Shown: in pieces, positions 34,501 to 47,237 of the stretch
How positions within the stretch are numbered: the stretch's first letter is position 1
How the letters are laid out: each line of letters starts with the position of its first letter
From: Oopsacas minuta
Taxonomy: Eukaryota; Animalia; Porifera
Assembly: GCA_024704765.1 (NCBI GenBank)
Contig: JAKMXF010000022.1
Span: 511,055 to 575,054 of the forward strand
DNA: 64,000 bases
Direction of reading: 5' to 3'
Translations under genes and position numbers: made by a program
Notes under the pieces: generated by a model
The model's input: the letters and a program-made list of their open reading frames with translations, nothing else
Told to the model about the DNA's origin: nothing
The model's database searches: none

Positions 34501-37500
34501 TATTCCATCTACACAGACAGCTCCGTTAAGACAAGCATTATCTCCACAATCATCTATATTATAATCGCAATACTCTCCTGTATATCCCCTACCACAAACA
34601 CAAAGATAGCCGTTAACTTCATCTATGCATTCGCCTCTGTCACATTGGTTCTCTTCACAATCATCAATGTCTGTAAGGCAATTTAGCCCGGTGTACCCAG
34701 CAGCACATTGACATCGATAAGCTTTACTATCATCAGGTAGACATACTCCATTATTATAACACGGGTTGTAGAAATACGTATTAAAGAATTCGTAGCAGTT
34801 AATCAATGCTGGAGCTGTGGTGCCTGCTAAGAAGGTAGAATAAGGACCTGATCCTACAGCTGTATATCCTCTAACTCCAATCTCATACTCCGTACCTACC
34901 TCCAAATTGGCTAGATGCGTATTAAGTATTTCTCCAGTAATATTTTGATACAAAGTCGAATATACATCACTGGTTTGAGGAGATTTACTGGAATATTTCA
35001 CTTCATATGCCGTGATTATTCCATTTCTTTCACTGACAATTATACCCAACCATACTATGTATATTTCTGTTTGAGAAGCAACTGTAATCGCTGTAATAAC
35101 AGGTGCGCCACTGGGATTTGATTCAGGTAAGAGAACATTGACTCTTGGCGAATTTGGTCCGTTACCTACACTAGTGTATCCCCGAACGAACAGCTGATAC
35201 TCAACAGCTGGATGTAGATCTTCCAATACAGCTTCAGTAACATTTCCAGGAGTAGTGAATTTGTATTGGCTTGAATCGAATGTGCTGTCACTTTGGTATA
35301 TTATCTCATATTGGGTAAGAATTCCATTCGTTTCGTCCGGAGGAATGGCTGTCCATTTAGTACGAATAGATGTGGCTGTTATTGAAATTGCGGTAATTCC
35401 AGTAGGAGCTACTGAGGGGTAACCTTCAAAAGTGCGGGCGATTGTTGGAGGATCTGAATTAGGGCCAGAACCTTGATTATTTTCGGCTGCTACAGTAATT
35501 TGGTAGGATTCGTAAGGTTTGAGATGTTCGAGAGTTGCACTAGTACTACTCCCTGATTCAACTTGTTTCCTTTCACTCGTTTCGTATTGTTCTCCTTGGT
35601 AGTAAACAATGTAACTTATGATTTCTCCATTATGATGGATTTCAGGAACAGGATTCCAGCTGACGAATATTGATTGATAGGATTGAGGGATAGCTGTCAC
35701 ATTCTGTGGAGCTACAGAGGGAGGAGCTGATAGAGTTGTTACATATAATTTTGTACTGTAAGGTCCAATCCCGATACTAGTAGAAGCAGCAATACTATAT
35801 CCAAACTGAGTTAGCTCTTCAAGATCATTGATGGTATATTCAGTTAAGTCTGTAGTATACGTAGTAGTGCTGGTAGAATTACCAAATTTAATTGAGTAAC
35901 TAATGATAATTCCGTTCTGTTCAGAGTATACAGGAGGCTGGTATTGCAGAGTGACATAAGTGGAGTAAGGAGTGGCAGAGATGGAGGTGGGGGGACCAGT
36001 TGGTACAGATTCTATTGTCATAAAGATCATTGAGGAAGGAGGACTGGTACCAGCTGAGTTGGTAGCTGTTATCTCTACAGTGTACTTTCTGTATGGAAGT
36101 AGATTGGTTAAGGTGTATGAGAGGGTATTGAGGGTAACGGAGGTAACAGGAACACTGTCTGTACTGATGTAGAGAGAGAGTGCGTAGGATATAATGGGTC
36201 CATTCTGTAGGTCTAATGGAATAGGAGAGAACTGTACAACAGCACTGTTGTCAGTTATGTCATCAATAGAGAATATCTCAGGTCCTTGTGAGGGAGAAGA
36301 CTGGTGGGTAGATAAGGTGAGATCAGAGGAGTAGGGACCTGTTCCTTGAGTGTTGATAACTGCTACTGATAGTGAGTAATTTGTGTAGGGAGTGAGGTTA
36401 AGGATGATAGTGTTAGGAGAGATGGAGGTGTGTGAGAAGGAAGTTGTTGATTGAGTATCAGTGACAAGAACAATGTAGCTCACAAACTCTCCATTGAGGG
36501 AGGAGGAGGGTATCGGATTCCAGGAGAAGTTGACAGAGTTATGTGTGACCAGTGAGAGAGTGAGTTGTGTTGGTGCATCAACTGGCAGTGCTTGGTTGGT
36601 TATAACAATGGTAACTTGAGTGTAAGGACCAGCTCCAATAGAATTGATAGCTCTGATCTGAATGGAGTAGCTAGTAAAAGGATGGAGAGATTGTATAGTG
36701 TAGCTTGTTAGATCTGTAGAGAATATCTGTGGAAGAGAATCAGTATTAGAAGATACACTAATGTCAAATGCTGTTATTGCTCCATTCTGATCAATAGCAA
36801 GAGGATAATTGTATTCAAGTTGTATTTCAGTAGCCGACAACACAGACACAGTGAAATCAGTAGGAGGACTAGATGGTAGAGCTGCTAATGTAATATTCGT
36901 GATTAATGCTGTATATGGACTAGGGCCGATGCTATTCTTTGCTCTGACTTGTATGGAGTAGCTAGTATCTGGATGGAGAGATTCTATTGTAATTTGTGTT
37001 TGATTTGTAGAATATATCTCTTGAAAGGAGTTAATAGTTGAAACTAATCTGACGTCATATCCAGTTATTTGTCCATTCTGTTCTAGTACTGGAGGGGGTA
37101 GCCATTTCGCTATAATTTGATATGCTGTTATTACGGTAAGTTTTAAATCAGTTGGGGGACCAGATGGTAATGATTGTTGTGTGGTAGCACTAATGTATCC
37201 AGTGTAGGGACCAGGACCGATACTGTTGATAGCTCTTATCTGTATAGTATATTGAGTGTTTGGCTGGAGATTTTGAAAGGTGTAGCTAGTTTGTGTTGTG
37301 GAGTAGATCTGTAGAGTTGAATTCGTTGATGAATGGACACTGAACTCATACCCAGTGATTTGTCCATTCTGTTCTAGAACGGGAGGAGGTCCACATGTAC
37401 TTAGTATTTGAGTAGCTGATAAAGTGACGAGTTGGAAATTAGTTGGTGTGCTAGATGGGATAGCTTGTTTGGTCCTGACACTAATCTCAACGGAGTAAGG

Positions 37501-40500
37501 ACCTGGTCCGAAGGAGGTGTAGGCTCTGACTTTTAACTGATAAAGCACATCTTCGTGGAGATCATATATCATGATATAAGTCTGTGATGTTGATACATTT
37601 GTCAATACACTATGTGTATTTGTCAGGTAGTTTGAGAGTACATAGTACTCTATCTCGTAGTAAAGTAGCTTTCCATTATGAAGATGAATCAATGGCTCTG
37701 ACCAGGACAGTTTGATGGTAGTCTCAGTTGATTTGTATGTTAAGTTCAAAGGTGCGCCGCCTGAAACATCTTCTGACGTCACTACGGTGAGTATTCTTGT
37801 ATAAGGGCCAAACCCGATAGCATTTCTAGCTCGAACTTGAAGCTTGTATTCATGGAACTCTTCAAGGTTATCGAACTTGTAAGACAACGTATATTCGCTA
37901 ACAATATCTTCATATATATTGGTATCGTGTTGTTGTCCAACAGCAATAACCTCATACCCAGTAATGACTCCATTTTGCTCCTCAAGAGTAGGAGGTTCCC
38001 ATGATATTGTAGTGCTTGTAGAAGTTATTGCTCTAACCTGAAGGTTCGTAGGAGCCTCTGTAGGTGTTACTTCAGAAGTTGTGCTGTATATCTGAGCACA
38101 GGGACCGAATGCAATAGTATATGCACATATGGAAATGTCATACTCAATGCCTTCTTCAAGATTTGAGAGTCTATAACTGGTATATGGAGTAGAAATAGTT
38201 TTATCATTTATATCAATAGTTACCCCGCTGTAGGTTATGGAGTAAGTTGAAATGTTTCCGTTTTGTAGATTTATATTTGGAGCTTCCCAACTGAGTATAA
38301 TGTATGTTGTAGAAGCGATTGCCTGTACATTTTGAGGTGGACCTGAAGGTGGTGCTTGCTCTGTTGTTACGGTTACAGGCGTTGAGTATGGGCCAGATCC
38401 AGGTTGTGTATTTGCCCTTATTTGAATAATGTAATCTGTATAGGGATGCAAGTTGGTAATAGTGATGGCATTGATTGATCCTTGAACGGATAATACATAG
38501 GAGCTATGAACTGTGTCTACTTTGATTTCGTATTCAGTGAGTACGCCATTTAGATCTGCCATGGGGGGGTCTAGCCATTCCACTATTATCTCAGTATCAG
38601 AGACATATACTATACTGACTGCAGTCGGAGCGGCGCTTGGAGGGGCTTCAAGTGTCCGTACATACAATACTGTAGAGTAAGGTCCTGGCCCAAATGAAGT
38701 GTAGGCTCGTACTTGAATTTCAAAAAGTTCGTTCTCATGTAAGTTAGGGATAATAATTCTTAATTCCGTCTCAAAGAGGCTGTTGTTTGCACCAGATAAG
38801 ATATCAATGTACTTCACTTCGTATTTAGTAATTACACCATTGTGATCAGGAATTGGTGGAGTACTCCAGATAATGAATAGTGAAGTTGTACTAGCAATTG
38901 CGTTTACATGCTGTGGTGCAGAGGATGGAGCAGCATCATTTGTAATTACTGAAATATTTTGTGTGTAAGGTCCATATCCTGCACTGTTTGTTGCTGACAT
39001 GCTGACATAATAAAGATGTCCTTCTTCAAGGCTACTCAGTGTATATGCTCTCAACGTAGAATTTGTATCTATATGATATACAGATGAATCATGCTGTAAT
39101 CCAACCACAACAATCAAGTATCCTATAATTGCTCCATTCTGTGTGTTTAAACTTGGCGGATTCCATGAAATTAGAAGAGATGTCGAACCGCTTGGCAAAA
39201 CTGTAAAGTCAGATGGTGGAGCGGTCGGAGGGATTGCCTCAGTAGCATTATACACGGTTAAATACGGCCCATTACCAACATATGTGGTGGCGCTTATAGA
39301 AATCTGATATTGATTCCCCTCTTTCAAATTGTTGAGGGTTGCATGTCTGTATGTTGTACTTAAATTCCTAGTTTCTGTATCCAATCCTATGCCTCTGTAT
39401 TTTACAATATACCCTGTGATTATTCCATTTTGTTCTGTCTCATCGACATCCTGCCATCTTATAGAAATGCTCGTAGTAAATATTACAAACTCAACATTAT
39501 TCGGTGTGCCTGAAGGAGCAGCTTGATACGTCTCAAGTGTTAATGGTACAGTGTATGGACCAGCCCCAGGACTAGTCTCAGCCCTCACTTGAATGGTGTA
39601 GTTGGTGTAAGGATGTAGGTTAGAGAAAGTATAAGAGTTACGAGAGGCTGCCAATAAATAGTCTCTTTGATAAGTATTATCCTCTGAATGTATCTTCAGC
39701 CCGAATCCTGTTAACACTCCATTTTGATCAATTAATGGTGGACTCTCCCATTCAAAACTGATGTCGGTAGCAGAAAGGACGTTACTTTGAATGTTTATGG
39801 GAGAAGCTGAGGGAACATCTTGTAGTGTTCTGATAGCTAATTGGGCAGAGTACGGTCCTGGTCCTATAGCAGTGTATGCCCTTATTCGGAATAAATAAAA
39901 TTCATATTCTTCTAGATTGGTAAAATTGAAATTTAAGTCAGTCGTGTTTACTAATGTATGGCTATTTGAAGTACTTCCAAGATCTTCGTAAGCGATTTCA
40001 TAATTCGTAATATCACCGTTGTGATCAACTATAGCAGGTGCAATCCATTTCAAATATATCCAAGTCTTTCCGAATTTGTCTGCCAAGTTTTGTGGGGCAG
40101 AACCTGGCACAGATTCTAAAGTAGACAGTATAATGGGACTAGTTCGAGGTCCATATCCTATTTCGTTATATGCCCTAATGGTTACTTCATAGGAGTGGCC
40201 TTCTTCTAAGCCACTGAGTGTATACTCGCGGCTATTTTCGCTTACATTTTTGGTGTAAATATTTGAGTCATGCTCTCTTCCTATTACTTCAATCTGGTAA
40301 CCCTTTATTACTCCGTTCTCTGCCTCAGCATTGAGAGATGACCATTTTACAGAAATGGAAGTTGAACTATCTGACCTAACCACGACGTTAAGAGGTGTTC
40401 CAGTTGGAGCTATCTCAGCTGTTGTTTTGATAATACTTGTTGATGAACCAACACCCGCACTATTTATTGCTGATATTTCAATTAGATACTCCGAGCCTTC

Positions 40501-43500
40501 TTCAAGATCAGTAAGAGTGGTAGATGTGGTCGTGACAATGACAGATTTTACTTCAGTATCAATGGTAACTCCATTATATGATATCTTGTATCCTGTTATA
40601 ACTCCATTCTGTTCACTCAGAGGAGGAGAGTCCCAGCTTAAAGACAGGCTGGTAGTCATGATGATGGTAAATTCAATATTCTGAGGGGTGCCAGTAGGAG
40701 CTATCTCATTAGTTGTCACAGTAATGACGTCAGTGTTAGGACCACTTCCCACACTTGTACTCACAGATGCTTGAATTTCGTACGAAACACCTTCTTGCAA
40801 TCCATTCACTATATAATCAACAGCTGACAGATAGTCTGTAGTGATTGGAGTAACCCTGACAGTCTGTGTAGTAGTGTCAACATTGACACCTGTGTATGTG
40901 ACAGTATAGAAGGTGATGACACCATTTAGGGTGTCTATATCAGTGGGAGGGCTGAGTGTGAGTGTGATGGTAGTCTCAGTGATGGTAGTGACAGAGAGGA
41001 GAGGAGAAGATGTAGGAGTGCTCTCAAGGGTAGTGATTGTGGATGAAGTACTGTAAGGTCCTGTCCCAACAGAAGTAGCAGCTGCTATCTGGAGTGTGTA
41101 CTCTGTGTATGGATTCAGACCTGTAATTGTGTAGAAAGTAGAAGAAGCGCTTGCAGTGAGTTCTGTACTGTCGATTAGGATGACGTAATTATCTATAATA
41201 CCATTCTGTGATTCAATACTAGGAGTAGACCAAGAGATACTGATCTGTGTAGCACTATCAGCTGTTACAGTATCAATGGTTGGAGCCATACTCGGTATGT
41301 CTTCATCTGTTTTCACTGTCACAATATTGGAATCTTCACTAGTTAGACTTCCAATAGCACTGACATAGAGCTCGTAGTATCTGTTGGGAAGTAGACTAGT
41401 GATATCTTGTTGTAACTGGTCAGTTTCTCCATATTCTATAAACGCGGGTGTGGAGAATGTAATGTCACGATAATACTCCTTATAAGAGAGAGATACGATA
41501 TATCCGGTTGGAGTGTAAGTAGTCTTCCATTCAAGATTTATGGCACTGCTTGATGTTACAGAGGCTTTCGCATTAACACTGAAACCTATAGGCTCACAGG
41601 TTATATCAGTCGGTTGGTAGTAATCAGTAGTACAGCTGCAGTCGTAACTTCCTATTGTGTTAGTACAGCCCTGATCACATTCATCAGTTTCGAGGCTACA
41701 CTCATTTATGTCCGAACAAACTCCTGCTACCTCTAAGGTATATCCAGTCATACATTGGCAAGTATAACTCCCGTCAGTGTTTGTACAATAGTGCTCACAT
41801 ATATCTGTATTTTCATTACATTCATTGACATCTTCGCACTTGTCCGGCTCGGCAAGAATCGTCCTGTATCCGGTAAAACAGGAACAACTGTAATCCCCGG
41901 CTCCGTCGATACATTCTTGTTGGCATATATCTGTCTCCTCCGTACATTCGTCAATATTATCACAGGTTTGGGTAACAGAATTCCATCTGTACCCTGAGGA
42001 ACAATATTCACAATGGTAGCTACCATCCGTGTTTATACACTTTTCAGTACAACCACCATTATTCGTGTCACATTCGTTTACATCGTTACATTGTGTTCCA
42101 ACGTATGTGTAACCAATCTTACAAGTGCAGGTGTAACCTCCTACACTGTTATCACACTCCTCATTTGTACCACAAGGATCTGTATAGCACTCGTTAATAT
42201 CTATGCAGTCAATTCCAATTCTCTCATACCCAACTCTACATAAACACGAGTAGCCTCCATCTGTGTTTGTACATAATTCAGTTGCACTGCAAGGGTCTAT
42301 ACCGGTAGTACATTCATCAATATCTAAGGGTTATATTTTCATTAATTAATGTTTCTTGTTCAGGTGCGTCACGTCTGAAGCGCGCTAGTTAAATTTAAGA
42401 TTAGTTGTTTTCAGGTCTCTCAGCCTGCAATCGTGAGATGTGTGATTTAGTATAAGTTTTTACGAAAAGATAAGGATACGTAGTAAGTGAATAAGCTGGA
42501 CAAAATGCAGCTCCGGGATCGTGATCCCTATGCTGCGTCGCCATAAGATGTGACCATAGATTATTAGAACTACGGTTGTCAAGCACTTGTTATAACATTT
42601 CACGTCGATTACTATTTCCAGGGACGGCGCAAACGGTCAAGTTATCGCCTGGCCACTTTTCTGCCATGACAGTGCCTGACCGCTATTTAGTACCGTCTGC
42701 CGCCCTTGATTTCTATCAATTTCTAGTAAATCCTGAATAACATTTCTTCAATATAATCAAAATACGGAAGACCCATGCGGCTGAATAACTACCTCCCTCT
42801 TAGTCTAGCCAAGCAAAGGAGTTGGAAATTGTTCTGAATGATTTTTCAGGTCTAATTAGTGACAAGCAACAAATTTTAATTTCCCTTAATTAAGTAATAC
42901 TTGTCCGTCTGTTCGAAAACAGGGAAGCCTCAAATATATTATTATCCACATTAGCTTCATTGAATCGCAATGTCCCTACCACTCCTGCCTGGAAACACAT
43001 TCACAGATCCTTCTAAAGACAAGTTCCACGTGTCTCAGTCGCTTGGCTATAAGAACGGCTACCCGCTCACTAAGCTCTCGGCTAGAGGGATAGGAGGGGA
43101 GATACACGCAGTCACGAAATCAGACCAAATGTCAGCTGCTGAATTTGACGAGATAGCACAAATGAAGCCTACTCTTACGTACGGAGACCCTGTACCTGAT
43201 CACCCAGTTCAGTTCGTACCAGCTCATGTGGCTTTTGATAAGAGAGTTCTCCAATTCAAAGCATTCTTCAATCAGACAGTACGCGAATCAGCTGTTGAGG
43301 ATTATAGAGTGCGTTTCGTGAAAATTTACTACTACCTGGAAGATGACAGCATTTCAGTAGTGGAGCCTGTGGTGGAAAATTCTGGGATTCCTCAGGGAAA
43401 ACTTATAAAGAGACAGAGATTGCCAAAAGATGAGATGGGGCAGATTTGGCATTGGAAGGATTTGAACATAGGAATCGATGTAAGTCTATACGGAACTAGC

Positions 43501-46211
43501 TTCCATGTGTATGATTGTGATGATTATACGCGTAATTTCATGGAGAGTGAAGGTATGGATATCAACCTACCAGAGGGGAGTCCTGCAGATCCATACACAC
43601 AGCGTAGGAAGGCACCTCAGTACGTCTACCAGACGCCAGCTGCCTTTGACAAGCTCAAGAAATTCATGGACATGGATAGGAAAGTGTTACGATTCAATTG
43701 TGTGTGGGATGACAGAGACAATATGTTTGGGGAGATGCGTAAGTTCGTATTACACTATTATCTAGTGGATGACAGTGTTGAAGTGCTGGACTTAAGACAT
43801 ACCAATGATGGACGTGATCCATACCCTGTCTTCCTTAGAAGACAACGACTCCCTAAGGACCGATCTGCTGTTGCAAGGGACTTCCCAGGAGTAGTGCTAG
43901 AGGTGACTGATCACGAGATCGCAGATTGGTACACACCCTCTGATCTAGGCATCGGACGTACTGTTGATGTTCTGGGAAGGAGATTCCTCCTTTACGATTG
44001 TGACGATTTTACTAAGATTTATTACAGACAAATATTCAATGTACAGGACTTTACACCTATTGACCTAGCATCTCCACGATCTACTCTGAGACAGCCTGAA
44101 CTCCCTCCCTACAATGGATACGGTACCATAGAGGATTCTATACAGAATTGTCGATCTCTCATCCCACAACCTCCGAAGAAAGATTTCATTCGTATGCTAG
44201 AGAATGATGGAAAAGTGCTACGATTCTCAGCATCCATGGTTTCAAAATTCACAGAAGATAAGAATAGAAAGTTTATTATTTCTTATCGTCTCTCTGACGA
44301 TATGTTCACAATATACGAGCCTCCTCAGAGGAATGCTGGAATTATTGCGGGTAAATTCCTTGAACGAACTCGTATCAAGAAACCAGACTGTGATCCTCAG
44401 AAGCCTGAATACTACGGCCCTCATGACCTCATTGTAGGACAAACTATTCATGTGTTTAGTCATAAATTTTTAATTGAAGATGCTGACGAGTATGTTCTCA
44501 AATATATGGAAGAGCGAAGTTCTGAGTTTCCCTCAGAAACTATAGAAGCTCTTAGGAAGAAACATGCAACAGCTGGAGCACCTGAGAGTGCCACTTCGTC
44601 TTAATATCTTAGCAAATCAGAATATTTATGCCAACCTTATTTAATCCTGTTTCTATCGGTACTGTTCTCATTACACATATTAACAATAATGCACCTATTT
44701 AGCTATGTATATCAATTCTTTACGTTTTATTGTATGATTCTGTTCTCGTTAATACTAATTTCTGGATATACACTTCATCGTTTATATTAATTAAGTCATA
44801 GTAGGCTATGATTAAGTGCTAGTTTTCGTTGATAATACACGCACCTTCTATAACAGTTCCTTCTTCTAATTCTATCGACTAATAATCTATATCAGTTAAA
44901 TATTATGTACGTACTTGTGTTACAAAAAACAATCAACAGTTGAAAACATATTGCCTTCATCTTAACCGAATACTTACGGCAATTTTTATGATCTTTTGTA
45001 GGTAAAAATTTTTTTACGGGAATTGTGTAAAACGTGTTGCTTCATTACAATAGTAACAGCAAGAAAGTGCTCAGTTAATAGTATTTAGTTTTCACTCGTA
45101 AAATATCTACGTACAATACAGTGAATACAATATAATAGAGTATATCGAATACTAATTTAGGTGATAATATTAATGAATAATAACCTGTGTTGCAATCAGT
45201 ATCTTCCCATCCTGTAGTACAATCACACTCTGAGATTTTTAAAAGGTTACAAGTACCTCCGTTATAACAGGTGTAAGAGAAGTATTCAGTATTTGTTACT
45301 GTTACATATCTGGTACCTACGCTGTAGGTAGTCCTAATTTAAATATAAGTAATAATTAATTGTGAATGATTCTAATTTTGATGAATTTACCTTGGTTCAA
45401 TTTTGAGCTGTGCACAATCGAAAATCATACACCAGGATGTGTAGATGACATTTGTGTAATAAGTGTTAGTAATTATGTATGTTTCCATAACTACACTATT
45501 AGTTGTAACAGAGTACGAACAAGTTAAAGTTGTCGCTCTCTTAGAAACCGCGTGATTTGACTCGAAGTACAACTCTACATCTATAATGGATAGATAAAAT
45601 AGATAACCATAAAAGAGTTATTTCATAATTATTAGCACAAACATTGCATTGCAATATTAAACAAGCCTTTGGATTGCCCATAAGAAATCACAATACATGT
45701 AGATATAAAAAACTTACTTCGTTACCTATGCTCTGCGGAGCCGTTGAGGGCAAGCCTCCCTGCATTTATATTTTGAGATTTCAATTTTTTGTTTACTTTT
45801 ATATTCATAAAAACAACAATAAATTTAGTAACAGAAACTTGAAAATGCTAAATTCGGGGAAGAGATTGACATATGGAATTTGTTATCATATTTTCACACC
45901 TTTTACAATCATCTCAAAAGATATCCATCATTGACACTAACAACTAATCAGGAAATAATTAATGAATAAAAATGACCCCAGCTACCCTACCAATTAATGT
46001 TTTATGACAATAATTCGTGCCATAAATCATAATATACTATACCCTTTACTCACCAGCTTCAGACAATTGTGAGTTTATGTCAAAGTCATTTGCTCCTCCC
46101 TAAACATAAAAACACAACATTATTAATTCATTATTGCTAAAAGTATGTATAACTTACCAATGCAATGATTCCTGAAATAAATAAGACGATGAGATGTATG
46201 CTCCACCTCAT
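31591..46211 (-). CDS. Giant adhesion GPCR: SP-EMI-like-7xEGF-23xFN3-5xEGF-HormR-GAIN/GPS-7TM-NPxY tail; exons 46211-46158, 46099-46054, 45580-45391, 45333-45185, 42323-31591 (~3723 aa)
   Basis: The ORF-track frame stays open upstream to an acceptor at 42324, giving a 10,733-nt exon. Four small upstream exons splice in frame (MRWSIHLIVLFISGIIAL|GGAND...|...CNT D|IDEC). The GPS reads CVAWDGVKW...CYSTHTTSFAIL, followed by seven hydrophobic segments with family-B motifs (HINLAISL, GWVTPLII, YCW). Confidence 0.92.
42859..42870 (+). promoter_or_regulatory. Candidate RFX X-box upstream of EFHC1
   Basis: GTGACAAGCAAC fits GTNRCN-RGYAAC and lies 100 bp upstream of the ATG of a ciliary gene. Confidence 0.35.
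42970..44604 (+). CDS. EFHC1: EFHC1/Rib72 axonemal DM10-domain protein, single exon, nested antisense in receptor intron 4
   Basis: LPLLPGNTF..FHVSQSLGYKNGY start and three DM10 domains (KRVLQFKAFF, RKVLRFNCVWDD, GKVLRFSA); no EF-hand tail. Confidence 0.93.
   Translation: MSLPLLPGNTFTDPSKDKFHVSQSLGYKNGYPLTKLSARGIGGEIHAVTKSDQMSAAEFDEIAQMKPTLTYGDPVPDHPVQFVPAHVAFDKRVLQFKAFFNQTVRESAVEDYRVRFVKIYYYLEDDSISVVEPVVENSGIPQGKLIKRQRLPKDEMGQIWHWKDLNIGIDVSLYGTSFHVYDCDDYTRNFMESEGMDINLPEGSPADPYTQRRKAPQYVYQTPAAFDKLKKFMDMDRKVLRFNCVWDDRDNMFGEMRKFVLHYYLVDDSVEVLDLRHTNDGRDPYPVFLRRQRLPKDRSAVARDFPGVVLEVTDHEIADWYTPSDLGIGRTVDVLGRRFLLYDCDDFTKIYYRQIFNVQDFTPIDLASPRSTLRQPELPPYNGYGTIEDSIQNCRSLIPQPPKKDFIRMLENDGKVLRFSASMVSKFTEDKNRKFIISYRLSDDMFTIYEPPQRNAGIIAGKFLERTRIKKPDCDPQKPEYYGPHDLIVGQTIHVFSHKFLIEDADEYVLKYMEERSSEFPSETIEALRKKHATAGAPESATSS
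45725..45860. repeat. Unclassified interspersed repeat (family X) fragment
   Basis: AGCCGTTGAG..., TATTCATAAAAACAACAATAA and AAACTTGAAAATGCTA are shared with 57420-57540 and, inverted, with 55240-55350. Confidence 0.6.
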
Positions 46212-46340
46212 TGTCTCTTCTCTCCTAGAAGAACATTGATCAAATTTTGAATATACTACGTGATTACTAACCGAATTGACAAATCATTCGAATATTTGAA
46301 TTGTATTCGAGAATCGCGTGAATTGGAATTTATTGATATT

Positions 46341-46501
46341 AAATAGAACCTGCACAATCCGATATTAGTTGGGAGTAGGGACAGAAATTATGTCGGATTA
46401 GCAAATTGTCGGCTCTACCCTGCCAGGCGTTCATTCGACAGTCAGATTATAGAGGTCTATAGGATTATACATGTATGTATAGGATTACGCAGGCTCCACT
46501 G
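46341..46501. mobile_element. Degenerate pogo/Tigger-like MITE
   Basis: Right end GGATTACGCAGGCTCCACTG|TA; degenerate left end TAGAACCTGCACAATCC. Confidence 0.45.
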
Positions 46502-47237
46502 TATTGTGTATTTGAAGGGTACAATTAAACTCCAATTTCATATAAGATAATACCAACTTTGGAATTTACGGCCTTGTAAGATATTTAAGATTAATCACAA
46601 AAGTAGAGTAACTATTCTGTGATCAAAAACTTTCCAAAGTTATACTTGTGTGATGTGTTACTGTAGCCTACTATTTGAAATTGGAGAAGATTCCTACATG
46701 CCACCAAATATTTCATATCACACGATATCACCAAGTGCTCTTAACATGCTTTCCAAGGAAAATTCAACGAGTACTGAATGAAATAGTACGTATCCAATAA
46801 TGTAGAGCTCTTCCTACTTTCCCAAATATAGAAATTGTACTTTCAACTTGACTTCATCAATACATTATTTGCATATTTAATTTATTATCATTTCATCAAT
46901 CCCTCGTCCGACCCCAATAATGCCCAAGTCATGCATTTCTTGTTATGAGATTGACTCACTGTTTTAACATTGCTAGATGTGATTATTAGCCAAAAGAACA
47001 TCGAAGCTAATATCGAATTTATGTAAAGTTGGATTATCTCTTCAATCTGTAATATCATTCCGATTGGGTTAGTATCAAATCTTATTATTATTTGTTGCAT
47101 TTTTCCAATGGTTATCAGTATACGCTCTGTTCTGTTCGAAATGGCGGTTCAAACTAATGAATGTCTAATCTAGTTCAATAAATAATTAGATTATATAATA
47201 CCGGTCAATATACGTGTTCTATTTCCTAATATTTGTA

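Noticed and set aside
24472-41476. CRISPR-like or prokaryotic system
   Set aside because: There are no short regularly spaced repeats or cas genes. The repeats are FN3/EGF coding modules, and spliceosomal introns show the DNA is eukaryotic.
24878-42243. Many short ORF-track entries overlapping the two receptor genes
   Set aside because: They are antisense or off-frame shadows of the long exons; 41748-42026 is off-frame within the same giant exon, not a frameshift.
45185-45333. Apparent frameshift in the EGF exon at the T/A run near 45236-45244
   Set aside because: On recount the exon is 149 nt and reads through (CNLLKISECDC); it is not a pseudogene.
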